In this document: piece after piece, positions 13,230 to 25,386 of the stretch
Position numbering within the stretch: position 1 is the stretch's first letter
How the letters are laid out: every line of letters starts with the position of its first letter
NCBI RefSeq assembly: GCF_964194025.1
Contig: NC_134468.1
Coordinates: 930,001-994,000, forward strand
Source of the DNA: Convolutriloba macropyga
Taxonomy: Eukaryota
Length of the DNA: 64,000 bases
Direction of reading: 5' to 3'
The notes under the pieces: model-generated
Seen by the model: only the letters and a program-made list of their open reading frames with translations
Database searches by the model: none
Told to the model about the DNA's origin: nothing
Translations under genes and position numbers: made by a program

Positions 13230-16200
13230 CTTAATAAAGGAGTTCACTGTTGTCGATATTACACGCGACATTTTGTCTCGTCGCAACGACAGAAACACCA
13301 CAAAAAGAAGCGCATACTTAAATCTGCATCAGAAAACCTTTCTAGAAGCGAAAAATTTATAATCCTCGGGAATAGAGAAGTCAGGAAATGATTCAGAAGA
13401 AAAAAAGAAGACGAATGAACTAAAAGAAAAGGCGTCTTGAAAACCTGAGCAGAAAATTTAGGGNNNNNNNNNNNNNNNNNNNNNNNNNNNNNNNNNNNNN
13501 NNNNNNNNNNNNNNNNNNNNNNNNNNNNNNNNNNNNNNNNNNNNNNNNNNNNNNNNNNNNNNNNNNNNNNNNNNNNNNNNNNNNNNNNNNNNNNNNNNNN
13601 NNNNNNNNNNNNNNNNNNNNNNNNNNNNNNNNNNNNNNNNNNNNNNNTGTGTCTGTATGCATGTATGTATGTGTATGTTTGTGTGTATATGTGTGTGTGT
13701 GTGTGTTTTGGCGTGTGTGTCTGTCTGTGGGGGGATCTTCCTCTGTCACCCTGTTTCTGAATGTATTTACTCCTTACTGTGGCACCGATTGCATGGCGTT
13801 AGATTCACGTCCACATATGATTCAAAGATCTAGACCTCCGCGGCTAGACCTGCAGTGCTTTAAAAAGCGAGACCTCTAAAACCTAGATCTCCACTGCTTT
13901 ACCAGTGAAAAAACTCAAACGCACCTTCCAAAAAGAAGCACAGAGTTAAGCAGTCCATTACTCGATGGATTCAAAGAACTGTGTCAAAATGCGTTGTTGA
14001 TATGCAACAAGTATGTCTCATTAAAGAAAAGAGATAAACTAACTAGTACCGCAGGAACAATTCGGAGATTAAAACCCCTGGAAGAGCAATAATTGAAAAC
14101 TCTACACGCTGACTCAAGCAAGGACAAAAAACTCGATGGGAATAGCATCCGTGGCGTTCCAGAAAGTAAGGCAAAGCGAACTAGAGAGAAAAGAGCAAGA
14201 CATGACGGAAGTCAGCAATATGCTCTCCCTCATGGCGATTGATGGCAAAATAGAACACATAAGACCTCTGGGAAACTACAAGTTCAAAAAACTCAAACTC
14301 TTTTGCTTCGTGTAACTAAAACTTATGATTGGAGACATTCTACTTTCCGTGGCTTAGTTGAAAAGCTATGAGAAAGAGTACTATGTATACAGAGAACTCA
14401 GCAACGAACAGCTAAAAAAATTTCCTTTGGGTGACCAGGGAAACATCGAACTTGATCAATTCAAAAAGACGCTTCAGCGTCAAGTATAAAAGGGCACCTC
14501 TCTAAAAAAACTGGCTAAACTTGAAATGCATAGCCAACAGCTGGCTGAACAACTCCAAAAAAACCAGATGAACCTCAAATTAAAAATTTTCATTGATAAA
14601 AATGTTCAGAGATCAAAAAGTACCTAAAGAGCATAAAAAGGAACACAGCTTCTTTCAAAAATGTATCTGAACAACACAAAAACCTCAGCAGACGCTGAGA
14701 AATCTGAATCGTTAATTCTTTTTTCTAATTTGTGTCCATTGAGATGCATTATTACTTTAGGGACCTCGATCAATCATTGCCTGTTAAAATTGACAAAATT
14801 CATTTTACGAGGGAAGAAATTGAAACTTCATTATTTGAGGTCACAACTACATCCTTGGCTAGCGTTCTACATCATGGCTCGACATTTCTGCTGAGTTTTA
14901 ATGAAAACATTGCATTTGAATACCGCCATATATGCCTTCTTGGTGATTTTAACTTTCCGAAAACTGATTGGTCGACTTTCAGCTCTTCATCTGCGAGAGA
15001 AACTAGCTTTTTAAACATCTAAGATGACTATGAAATGTGCCCTACTATTCTCAGTTCCACGCACAACCGTGGCAACTCTCGACAATATTCTCGTCCCCTC
15101 ATCTATCACCGGCTGTTTTGACTGCCACGTCCTTCCACTCACTCGGTTCTGAGATCATGCTCCCATATCAGCAAAGATATATACAAAGTCCTCCCCCTCC
15201 TCTTTAAGAATCCGAATTTATGCTTTTACTGAGCCAGGCATTGTCACTTTTTGCTCACTATGGCAAAGTTAAACCTTCTTCAACTATCCTTCTGCGGACA
15301 CGGTCGCCGATTTCTATCACCATCTGCATGTTAGTGTCAAACAGTCTTTTCGGAGCGTAACCAGAAAAATGGCGTCCCTGCCAACCTACTACCCATCCCA
15401 TACTGTGCATGCTTTGAATAAACTGGCAACTAGCAAGAGAAAATGTCATTCTGGTCATTATGTCGTGCGGAACCTTGAGGACACCCTTGAGAAATCTTTG
15501 GAATTGGACAAGATGCTCTACATATCTGGGAAAGTTACTTCCAACCTGGATTCTTACTTCAAACGCATCGAAAGCTTCAAGGATAATACTCTTCCCCATC
15601 CAATGTTCTCAGTACATCAAAACTTGGTTCTTAGACTGACGTTGCAAATGCCTTCAATGATTTATTTGCTTCGAATTTCAACACGAACTCGTACGAAACA
15701 AGGATACCAGATGACACCCAAAGTCTTATTTTCTTGGATGATTTCTGTGGTTCGTTTAGCGCCTCCGATATTCTTCAAAAAATTCTAAACAGCACTGCTT
15801 GCACTTATGAGACCCATGATGACTTCCCGAATGGACTATTGAAGAAATGCTTTGGTCTTTTTGCAGCGTTGTTCCGGATCGTCTTCAATTGCGTAATCCT
15901 GAACTGCCAATTCCCCAAAATATGGAAGTCTTCATTTATAAAACCCACTCACAAAGGAGCTTACCGGAACGACATCACCAATTACCCTCCAATTAGTCTG
16001 CTGCCGAAGATCTCATTGATATTAGAAAAGTTACTCCACAAGTTTCTTATTGATCTACTCAAGAATAAAATTTATCCGAGACAGTATGGTTTCCAGTCTA
16101 AGAAATCTACGATTTGTCAGCTTCTAGAATACGTCAACTACCTCTATCTCAACAAGGGAGACATACTATTCTCAATGTACTTCGATTACGAAAAGCCTTC

Positions 16201-17290
16201 AATCGTGTGCCACATTCCGTTCTTCTAGTGAAACTCCGAAAATTTGGTCTGGACTCGAATTTTGTTTCCTTCTTTGAAAGTTACCTTCTCGGAAGATTTC
16301 AAGCAGTACGAATCACCGGGTTTTCTTCGATGCACACAAGAGTATTGAGTGGCTTACTCCAAGCTTCAGTACTTGGGCCCTTGCTCTTCTTGATTTTTAT
16401 CAACGACCTGCCGTGTATTCTTCTGGACAGTATTATGTGGTTATTTGCTGATGACGCGAAACCAGTTTTCAACTCCTTGAATTTCAATGAAGATCTTGTA
16501 CGTTTCTGCAATTGGAATCAAGCAAACGGGATGTTAGTCAACGCGAAAAAGAGCCTATGTATTTCCTTTGGGACTCGAGCCCATGTTAGAGTACGCCAAC
16601 ATCACAATTCCACAACAAGAGTGCTTGAAGGATCTCGGAGTTTATGTCAACAGAAAGTTAAAATGGAACACGCACACTCAATGTAAAGTCACCAACAGCC
16701 TCAGAGCTTTCTACAAGCTTAAAAATACTATAACTTGGAGCACTCCATCACATATCAAGTACAACGTCGCCTATGTTGTTCCAATACTCCTCTATGGATC
16801 TCAAATCTGTCGCTTTTCACTTGCAGACCTCAGGCTTTTCGAGAATATCTAAGAAAAGTGCGAGATGGGTTTACGGGAGTTCTAGGAACTACTTGGACAC
16901 TCCTCTCACACATAAAAACCTACCGATGGCCTTTCGAATCCAAGTTGAGGACTGGCGACTGTTCATTCTCTTGGCCCAAAGGAAGCTATTGAGCAACTTC
17001 TGTGATAATGTTGAAGTTTTATCTCTTGGTGTGACGAGAAGACGGAGAAAAATAGTTCAAACTCAAAGGTAAAGTAGCCCCTGAATCTTTCTACGAAATG
17101 TCCATCAACATGATCAACTTTTTCTATCGTCATGGGATAGTCGATGATGACTACTTCAAGATCAACAAGATTGTTGAACATTTTGAAACCATCATCCCAT
17201 GTTTCAATCCCTGTTTTCGATGCTAATGGTTTGTTTGTTGCAATTGCCCCACTTGTACGAGCTTTGTAAATGTTAAATAGTAGAAATGAA
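13230..17290 (+). mobile_element. Decayed CR1/L2-type LINE (LINE-C) in the DRC1 intron: ORF0 relic, ORF1 relic, APE-RT relic
   Basis: ORF0-like VVDITRDILSRRNDR...YLNLHQKTFLE (13250-13350). ORF1-like GFKELCQNALLICN (~13970) and IRGVPESK (~14150), homologous to 50789-51643. APE GDFNFP (~14940). RT NYPPISLLP, QYGFQ, KAFNRVPH, LQASVLGPLLFLIFINDL, LFADD. Many frameshifts and stops. Confidence 0.85.
13464..13647. other. Assembly gap (N run), followed by a (TG)n-rich microsatellite to ~13730
   Basis: N characters followed by a TG-rich tract. Confidence 0.99.
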
Positions 17291-17439
17291 TTTCATTGAT
17301 TTTTAGTTATTGGCCCTTAATCGGGAATTAAGTCTTTCTCTCTCTCATTGCCATCGATAACAAGCATGCGTTTCTACAAAGTTGGAAAACAAGATTAATC
17401 GTTTCTCTGTTCAAAGATGGCGAAAAGCAATCAATAGCA

Positions 17440-18520
17440 AACTATAGACTAACCACACTGATGAATTGCACCTCACATGTCCTGGAGTCCTTTATTTTCT
17501 TCGAAGTGGTATACCGTAATTGGATTTAGCACTCTAGAACAGCGCGGTTTTACCAAGAGAAAGTCAACTATGGCACAATGGATACTTTATTTTGCCCGAC
17601 ATATTTGAAAAGCTTGACCCTCACACCCTATATCCACATTACACCTGGACTTTGAAAATGCGTTCGGAAGAGTCAATCACGAAAAACTCATTCAAAATTT
17701 TTGAGTCTTAGGCATTAGTGGAGCAGCCTCAGATCTTATTGAAATTTATCAAAACGAAAGAACTCAAAAAGTGATGGTTGGAAACAAGTTCTGTAAGGAA
17801 CTAAAAGCCGTCAGTGGAATCCTGCAAGGCCCGCTCCCAGTCAATAATTTCATGAGCAACTTGCCGGGCAGAATAATGGGAGAAGGCTAGTGATTATGAA
17901 GTTGTCGCAACAAACAATGCTGCCCTTCAAATCGATGCCAGCAGAATCGGGAGACGGTACATTGGAAACTATGATAAACCGCAACTTGTCAAAATGCAAA
18001 GATCTGAGTAAAAAGGCCAACACAACTGTGAAATTCGAAGGTACAACTCTGGTTAAGTGTGTAGCAGAACAAGACCCCGACATCGTCGCCTGATCTGATC
18101 TGTTATGGTCTGCTCACGCACATAAAAGATAAGAAAAAGCTCTTCCATCATTCTATCTTATTAAGCGGATCTGGTCTATCTTGCTGGATTGTTAGCAAAA
18201 ACTTCTACCACAGCTTCGTAGTTACCATCTTTTCCTACGGAGCAGTTTTGTGGAAAGCAAGCCAGGCTAATGTCAAAACGAAAGAAGAAATTCAGAGGAA
18301 AGCAATTTTATTGATCATGCGAACGGGAAAACTTAGTTACAAAGACTGTCTACAACAATTTGATATGCTGCCTCTGTCACTGAACCACAAAATGCATATT
18401 TGCAATTTTTGGTTAAGAGCAATATAACTAGCTGACTTTTTCGGACGATTTTTTGGATGTGGAATCAACAAACTAACTTCAAGCAAAATCTGACAAAAAT
18501 GTACAGCAGGTATTTTGAAA
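17440..18520 (+). pseudogene. Second, more degraded CR1-type RT fragment
   Basis: Residual LDFENAF..VNHEKL and SGILQG motifs and C-terminal RT-like remnants, broken by indels. Confidence 0.55.
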
Positions 18521-18928
18521 GTTTTCGACTGCAGAAATATATATACATTCAGGTTAACATGTTTGTGCAATATCTGAAAAAGAAGAAAAGACGCTTTAAT
18601 TTGACTAGATGTATAATATATGCAAGCAATTGCACATTAAGTCAAACTGTGTAAAAAAATGAATTCACATATTATTTCGAGACATATAGAAGCTAAAATT
18701 TGACTAAAATGGAACTGGAAATAAATATTTTTCTTGGACGCTGTCCTAAATTCTTTTTTATCATTATTATTTCTAAACGTTGAATGATTAATCAATGTCC
18801 ACATATTGTTCTATAGAAGCAGACGAATCTGTAGAAAAATCTGTACAAAAAAGACACTTTTAGACGTTAACCTGATTTACTTTTTAGTCTGTCCTTTAGC
18901 CTAACATTAAGAGCTAGCAATCAAAAAC

Positions 18929-19331
18929 GGTGGCCGCCGTATTGGCCGACAGGGCGTTTAGCCGACAACCAAAAAATGAGAACTTTAACCGACAATTTAG
19001 GTAAAATTTAGCAATAAAACTTATTCTGAAGCTGTGATTGGCCAATTTGAAACACTATTTCGTAAGCGGACAAAAATACCGCAGTGCTTTCATCAACTAG
19101 TGTAAAGAACGTCTATCCATGGTCGGACCGTATTTAACCGCATCTGGTCATGCCTTGCGGGCCATGGCCATGCCTCAGCGACCCGTGGGGCTTGATATGA
19201 ATCTATCACAACCGAACTACTGATTTCTGGAGCAATGAGACTTTTATGACCAATTATGAGAAAACTGTCGGCTAAATTTCTCATTTTTTCTTTGTCGGCT
19301 AAACGCCCTGTCGGCCAATTTTCCTAGCACC
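18929..19331. mobile_element. MITE with long terminal inverted repeats, ~70 bp inside the DRC1 intron
   Basis: ATTGGCCGACAGGGCGTTTAGCCGACAA..AAAAAATGAGAA.TTTA.CCGACA (from 18941) is mirrored by the inverted copy ending at 19319; outer GGTG/CACC. Confidence 0.75.
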
Positions 19332-19398
19332 ATCAAAAACAATTTATGAATAACGGGATCTGAGAATGTAAACTCAAATAAAAAAAATGAAGTTTTAC

Positions 19399-19815
19399 CT
19401 GCGGTATCTCTTTCATATCAGCAGCCTGCCAACGTTTAGTTATTTCTTCGAAACGCTCTAAGGCTGTCTTTGCTTCCGATTCTAGTCGTTCAGCTCGAGA
19501 TCTATTATTGTCGTTATTCTCTTTACGACGTAAATGTTCACGTTCATCGGCAGCAACTTTGATATTGTCAACTAAATTAGAACCATCCTTTTTCAGCTTT
19601 TCTACGCGGTCTTTGCTATCTTTCATCTGCTTTCTAGATTTGGAAAGTTCCTGTTTCGTAGACTTTGAGTCTAAGGAATCTTCCCCCATTGCTGCTTTCC
19701 TTTGCTGCTCTAGTCGCTTCTTTATCCGCAATCGACGAGCCATGATTCGCTCTTCTGGGTCAGCTGATTCAACTGATGGCCCTTTCATTTCCTCAGTTTC
19801 TTCCTGTTGTTCCAT
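19399..19815 (-). CDS. DRC1: Dynein regulatory complex protein 1, coding exon 1
   Basis: MEQQEE...GPSVESADPEERIMARRLRIKKRLE...FEEITKRW...IPQ is a typical DRC1 N-terminus. Donor CAG|GTAAAA at 19399/19398; 417 nt, phase 0. Confidence 0.9.
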
Positions 19816-21330
19816 ATCGGAAATATTAAAAACGTCTCAATCTGAAAAAGAGTAATCGCTTGAAACCACGTAGATAGATTTTATTAAAATAATTTGGCAG
19901 TATTTCGAAGTGTAAAATATTTATTCAAAAATTTGAGTTTGATTTTCACAAATATCAGGACAATGCACACATAAAGTGTGATACAGTACATAATTATAAA
20001 CACAAGCAAACGCAGCCGAAAAACAAAACATCAAAAAAATCTGACCTTACCGATCGGATTTTAATATCTGCAGCTCCATCAAAAAGTTTTACTATTGACA
20101 ATGGGATCTATTGATTTGTGTCCCTATTTACAAATTATGTATTGTTATATAGCATGTTACAAGGCAAAAAAAGAGCACGCACTCTTGAGGGCCGAATAGA
20201 TCCTGATAATGCACTACCACAAAATAGCAGCGAAATGCTGACTGCATGGAGGAAGAGAAAGACCGCAAAACATATTTGGTGTTGCTGGCAGATTTCTAAA
20301 ATAAAGTAAGTTTGTCCAGCAGCAATTCCTACTCTTTGAATGTACCTTTACGCTAACTTTAGCTATGAATACAAGCAGCTCAGAACGAAAATAACAAAAA
20401 GGCATATAGCAGACCTTTGTCTTCATAAATCAAAAATTATGTCCGTGTTTACAAGTGTTACAAGCAGATTACGTGTTTCTAGCAGATCTCGGTCATTTAT
20501 CATCTTTTCTTTTTTTTTGCGAATCTCTGCTGTCGATAGAGAGAGAAAGATTGAATTGCCGTTTTTGGATATGAAAACATATTGGTTATCAAAACAACCC
20601 TGTGTTAATATATGGATGTAGGATATTGGCTGTTAACTCTCGGCTGTCAAATCTTTGTTGTCGAATCTCGGTTGAACACTTTTCCTACTGGCATGTGTCT
20701 AATTGCTAACTTTGGTCACCTCGAATTATTCGTTTCACTTATTTTTTAATGCTACAAAAGACTGCCAAAAAGGGAAATCAGATAGTTGACTACAACAAAG
20801 TCTGCACTACAAATGATGGAAAAGTCTAAATATCGATAAGAGAAGTTTTTACTAACACGTTCTGCTATATAAGTGTAATTTTTCAAGCACGTTATCCCCA
20901 AGTCATCATTTGAAGCATCTAATGAATAAAGCTTATCAATCAGTAGCTTCAATAAACCAAAAACTAAATCTGCAAAAACTCAACTTCAACTCAGCTCAAC
21001 AAACTTCCTATTCAATAGTTTTTCCAGACTTAATCTACGGACTAGAGACGTAGATGAACTTTTTCATATCGAAATCAAACAGCATTATCGAAAAAATTTC
21101 GTGTTCTGGAAAATGTTGATGCGGAGTGAGCAAGTACACCTCAACCACAACGCTATTAAATAAGTTGATGTTTCAAGATATACACGGATTAAAAACAGAA
21201 CAATTGCAAAGTTCTAAGCCAATGTACTGCACAATAATTTTTGTATGGAAGGTTGTTACCAATGGGAGGAAAACCTATGTGTAAAGATTTTGCGAAAGAA
21301 CTTTTTTATCAACCTATCTTAATCTTTATT

Positions 21331-21463
21331 GGGGTCTTTCCCATTATAGCCCCCCCCCCCAGCTTAGTGGTCAGATAACCTATAGCCCCCCCAATCATGG
21401 TAATTATACCATAATGGGGGGGGGGGGCTATAATTTAATGGGGGCTATAATGGGAAAGACTCC
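21331..21463. mobile_element. Small MITE-like palindromic element (~133 bp)
   Basis: GGGGTCTTTCCCATTATAGCCCCC ... GGGGGCTATAATGGGAAAGACTCC inverted repeat, with internal copies of the TATAGCCCCC motif. Confidence 0.65.
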
Positions 21464-21788
21464 TCTATTGTAGTCATTTTTAAACTTTACACCTTTACAA
21501 AAAGTCTGAACAATTGAACGATTAAATTTGGTGTTTTTATATAACAGTGTATAAGTTTCGAACGATTGTCTTTGTGATCTGATGGTTGATTCAATCTCCC
21601 TTATCTGCACCACAAATTCTGCAATGCCTCTAGCAAAGAATATCAAGTAACGGTGGAATGCCAAAACGCATGCAGAATATGGACCGATATAAGACTCTAT
21701 TGGCAAGAAATGAGAGTACAAACATAACTTGATTTTATAGCTGTTTCTGCGCTGCGAAACAGTTGTAGCAATAACGAAATCAGTTTTC

Positions 21789-22412
21789 TAATATCCGTGT
21801 ACTGTATACGGTTACGGGTTGTGTTGGGGGTTTTTCTTAAGCACTTTAAACCTCGGGGTTAATGATGAAAATCCTCTAAGTCTAAGACTTTAATTTTATT
21901 AAGAAGATGTAAATACTCAAACGGTTCAATATAGAGTTAGAATTATTGATTGGAAATTCAATAACTTAAAAAAGATGAGAAGAAGTAAAGCTTTTAAGAC
22001 AAATGCAGCTCAATTATAAAGATTTAGTTTTGAATGGTCTTTGGTTTTGGTCCTATCAATGGTTGATTATTCTTAGGTTATTTTTTACCCATTTTCTTTA
22101 ATCTCTTTGGGATTTTCTCAAAGTTATTTTCTACCGCACGTGTCTCTGTTAGTTGAACCAACAGATAACAGGCTTTCCTGCCTGACGAATCCCGTCAAGA
22201 ACACACATTCGCTGACGTCTCCCGTCAAGATGAATTTCCCTGATGACTCCCATTATTATTTACGATGCGTTCTTTATATTCTCTCTTCAAAGTCTGGTGT
22301 ACTCCTGGTAACCATCTCTTTTTGTTCCTTCTTTAATTGTGAAAATTTCAAATTGTGCGTTCACTATTTATTTTGTGAGCATGTCATACGTTACGTTCTA
22401 TGGTTTACTACA
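21789..22412 (-). repeat. 3' LTR of the Gypsy element (624 bp)
   Basis: Homologous to 31440-31797. Minus strand starts TGTAGTA immediately after the polypurine tract AAGAGGGAGGCAG (22413-22425). Confidence 0.88.
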
Positions 22413-22537
22413 CTGCCTCCCTCTTAGAAAATGTGAGTGTTCCACTCACTCACAAGCAAGAGTTTCAAAGGTCCATTTTCGAGTTCATATATTCTGCTTT
22501 TTCAATCGCGTACTTGTCATAAATATTACGGGCCTCC

Positions 22538-23302
22538 TCATCTTCCATGTTTTTTTTGCCTGAAGAATAATTTTGAACAGGTCCTCCCGACCACCCTTGT
22601 CCGGATGACAGAGCATTGCCATCGTTTTGAATTGTTTCTGGATAGTACTGGTTGTGGCCCCCTGTGACAGGAATAGAAGCTCATAAAAGTTCGGAAGTCG
22701 ACTGAACAGTCTCTGCGCGTTGATCGCCTCCAGCCTCCTCTGGATGACCTTTTTGAGGTCTGCTCTGTTCTTACCCTAGTCCTTAGTTTTCTGATATCTA
22801 TCTCGGCATTCTTCAACTCCCGAGCTAAACACTCCCGCTCATCCACCAGAGCGATACATTATCTTGTCTTTGTTTCGGCTACATTCGTAACCTCCGCCAA
22901 CTCTTTCTTCAGTATGTCCACCTTCCTCATGCAGGACTCCCGCTGATTCCCAGCGTATTCAAGCAGTCGTATGGTCTCAAGCAATTGATCGCTTAACCTA
23001 TGACTTTCAAGTTTCAACTGCCGGAGCTCCTCTTCGAGCCGAGCCCCGGAAGTTCCCAACATTTCGCTGTGGTCAATCTTCTTTTGCTGTTCCTCGATTC
23101 TCTGATGCATGCCATTTGACTCCATAACACTAATTGCGGCTCTATCCACTTTATTGGGCGGTTGCAGCTGTGTCAATGGCCTCACGTATCTTTTATTTGA
23201 GGTTACTCCAACAATCCGATACACTTGGTGCCTGACTATTGACTTGACCTCGAACAATTTGGGTAAATAGTAGCAATAATCGCCAATTTTTGGTTCTTCC
23301 AT
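22538..23302 (-). pseudogene. Accessory coiled-coil ORF between env and the 3' LTR
   Basis: ORFs 22859-23302 and 22538-22846 are in the same frame, separated by one stop. Heptad-rich LEEELRQLKLESHRLSDQLLE. No recognised family. Confidence 0.5.
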
Positions 23303-23329
23303 TTTTAAATATCATACATTTAAATTAAT

Positions 23330-25386
23330 CTAATGTGTCAATCTCAATTTCTCTCATATCTGGTACAGATTTAGCCTTTTTTGCTTTTATAACTACAATA
23401 TCTATATTACCATCACACAGTTCAACTGTCATTTTTCTTGTCAATTTTTGTTCTTTAGTACATTGTTTTAGATGATTAAAATAAGCTAGTTCCCCCATTG
23501 GGTTAATGGGTTGCAGAGCAATTACAGGATTGGTGCTACTGCGTAGCATATCGATTCAAAGAAACACACGTATCAAACAAAATATGATTTTAGATCCAAA
23601 AAAATAGTAACCAAACTGATGGTTATTTACCTGGCCACATGCCAGAATTTTTTCACTTCGCTACCCAAGTATTCAAAAATCAGCAATTCATGCCACTGGT
23701 GATTGTACTTCAAGTCCGTGTTGAAATACTCTTGAGTCTCATGCTCATATGAACCTCCTTGTCCCAGGAAAGATTCTCTTCCTGTAATCGTTTTTCTCAA
23801 ATGCCTTAATCTTTGGGCCCTCTTGCTGAGTTCCAGGTCTTTGTCACTGAAAAGTTCTGCCATTGGCGCGGAAGTTGAGCAATTGACGTTAACTCTGTAA
23901 TTAGGCATATCGTTGGGTTTATCAATCAGTTGTATTCGTCTGCCATATGTTATCCGTGACCCATTCTGCAATTCAATAGCGTTCGGGTACATGGGGTTGC
24001 AATTAATGAATGTGAAATTTCTATAGAATACTCTTGCTATAGGGTCCATGTATCTAACTCTTTCTAAACTGTTGTCAGCAAACACCCTAATTGATACTTC
24101 CTCGGAACAAAACTGGTTTTCGACAACATGTACGATAACTTTAGCGCACCTATGGACATAAAGCATTTCTCCCGCTCTTTCAGCGTGTGTACCCAGAGCG
24201 TTTTGTTGATTTAGGACAATTTCGTGTGAGTCCCCGTTAATTGGTGTCGTTAAAATCATAGCTCTGTGCAGTGTTTCCATGTGACAATTCAATAACTCTA
24301 TTTTTTTTTAGATTTTCAAACATGCCTCAAAAATCCCGCACAAACACAAAAATTTGGTCGAGTTTTATGTCTTTGAGATTTGTCTCTGATATATCTGTTG
24401 GTAAAAAATTTTTATCCGTGGCCGTCAACGTTTACTTTGTGTATAACAAATTTCTGTGTTTTGTTTCAACAAGCTGAAAATTGTCCATCTGTTTTGTCCT
24501 GGTTTTAAACTGAACAACTAATTTTCTTTTTCTGTCTAATTTGATCGTCAAGTACATTTTGTTCCCCGAGGGGACTATTTTTGCTGTTATCGAGTCTGGA
24601 AATTTAACTATCGTTAAGACAATTGATTTTTTGTCTTGGTAGAACAAATACTGTACTGAATTTATTTAAAATGTGTCTCTTGATATAACAAGGTCTGCTC
24701 CTGTTTCAGAGGTTCTTTAAATTATAAAGTTCCTTCATTTGCCTCCCTAGTTTTAATGACCAAAGTCTTCATGAAAATTTCAGCATTTATCATGATATTA
24801 CCTTTCTGTGTTTCACGTTTTCGATTGATCTACTCCAAGGGGTCAACATAATTCTTTCCTTTCTCATCTCCGCCTTTCATGAATGTTATTGATACCTTTT
24901 GAACAAACTCTGGGTCGGTTCGGTCAACACTCATCTCATTAGGGACTGCTCTAGGAGAATTGAATTCAAAGTCCCCAAGACCCGGTAACCGCTCTTTGTG
25001 TCCCTGCCATAGGTTTTGGCAGACTGATTCTTTTATTGGGTAAAACGTTGGAATTATTTGTGATTTTGCGTTTAAGTAAGTTGCGTCGTCATACCAACCA
25101 CTTTTTTCAGCACAGTTACCGTATATTCAGCCCTGTACATGCAGTGTTTTAGTTTACTCCTGCTGCTCTCAGCGTAGATGAGTCCACCTTTATTTACCTG
25201 CTCCTCTTTTATATGTGACGTTTCAAATTGCGTCGGTTCCGTCATGGCAAATTTTTGCGTCTGCAGATTATTCTCAAAATCATACCCCCCAATCTCCAAG
25301 GATTGTGAAAAACCTACTATGCTAATCAATTGGAGAAGTTTCCAGTTCAGCTGCACGTTCCAATGAGGGTTCCATGCCCTCTGCAT
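23330..25386 (-). pseudogene. env-like glycoprotein resembling chuvirus-type glycoproteins
   Basis: Signal-peptide-like WKLLQLISIVGFSQS followed by GYDF; Cys-patterned core RAGEMLYVHRCAKVIV...CSEEV...YMDPIARV...INCNPMYP; hydrophobic segment near 23560-23625; located 3' of integrase. Confidence 0.65.
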
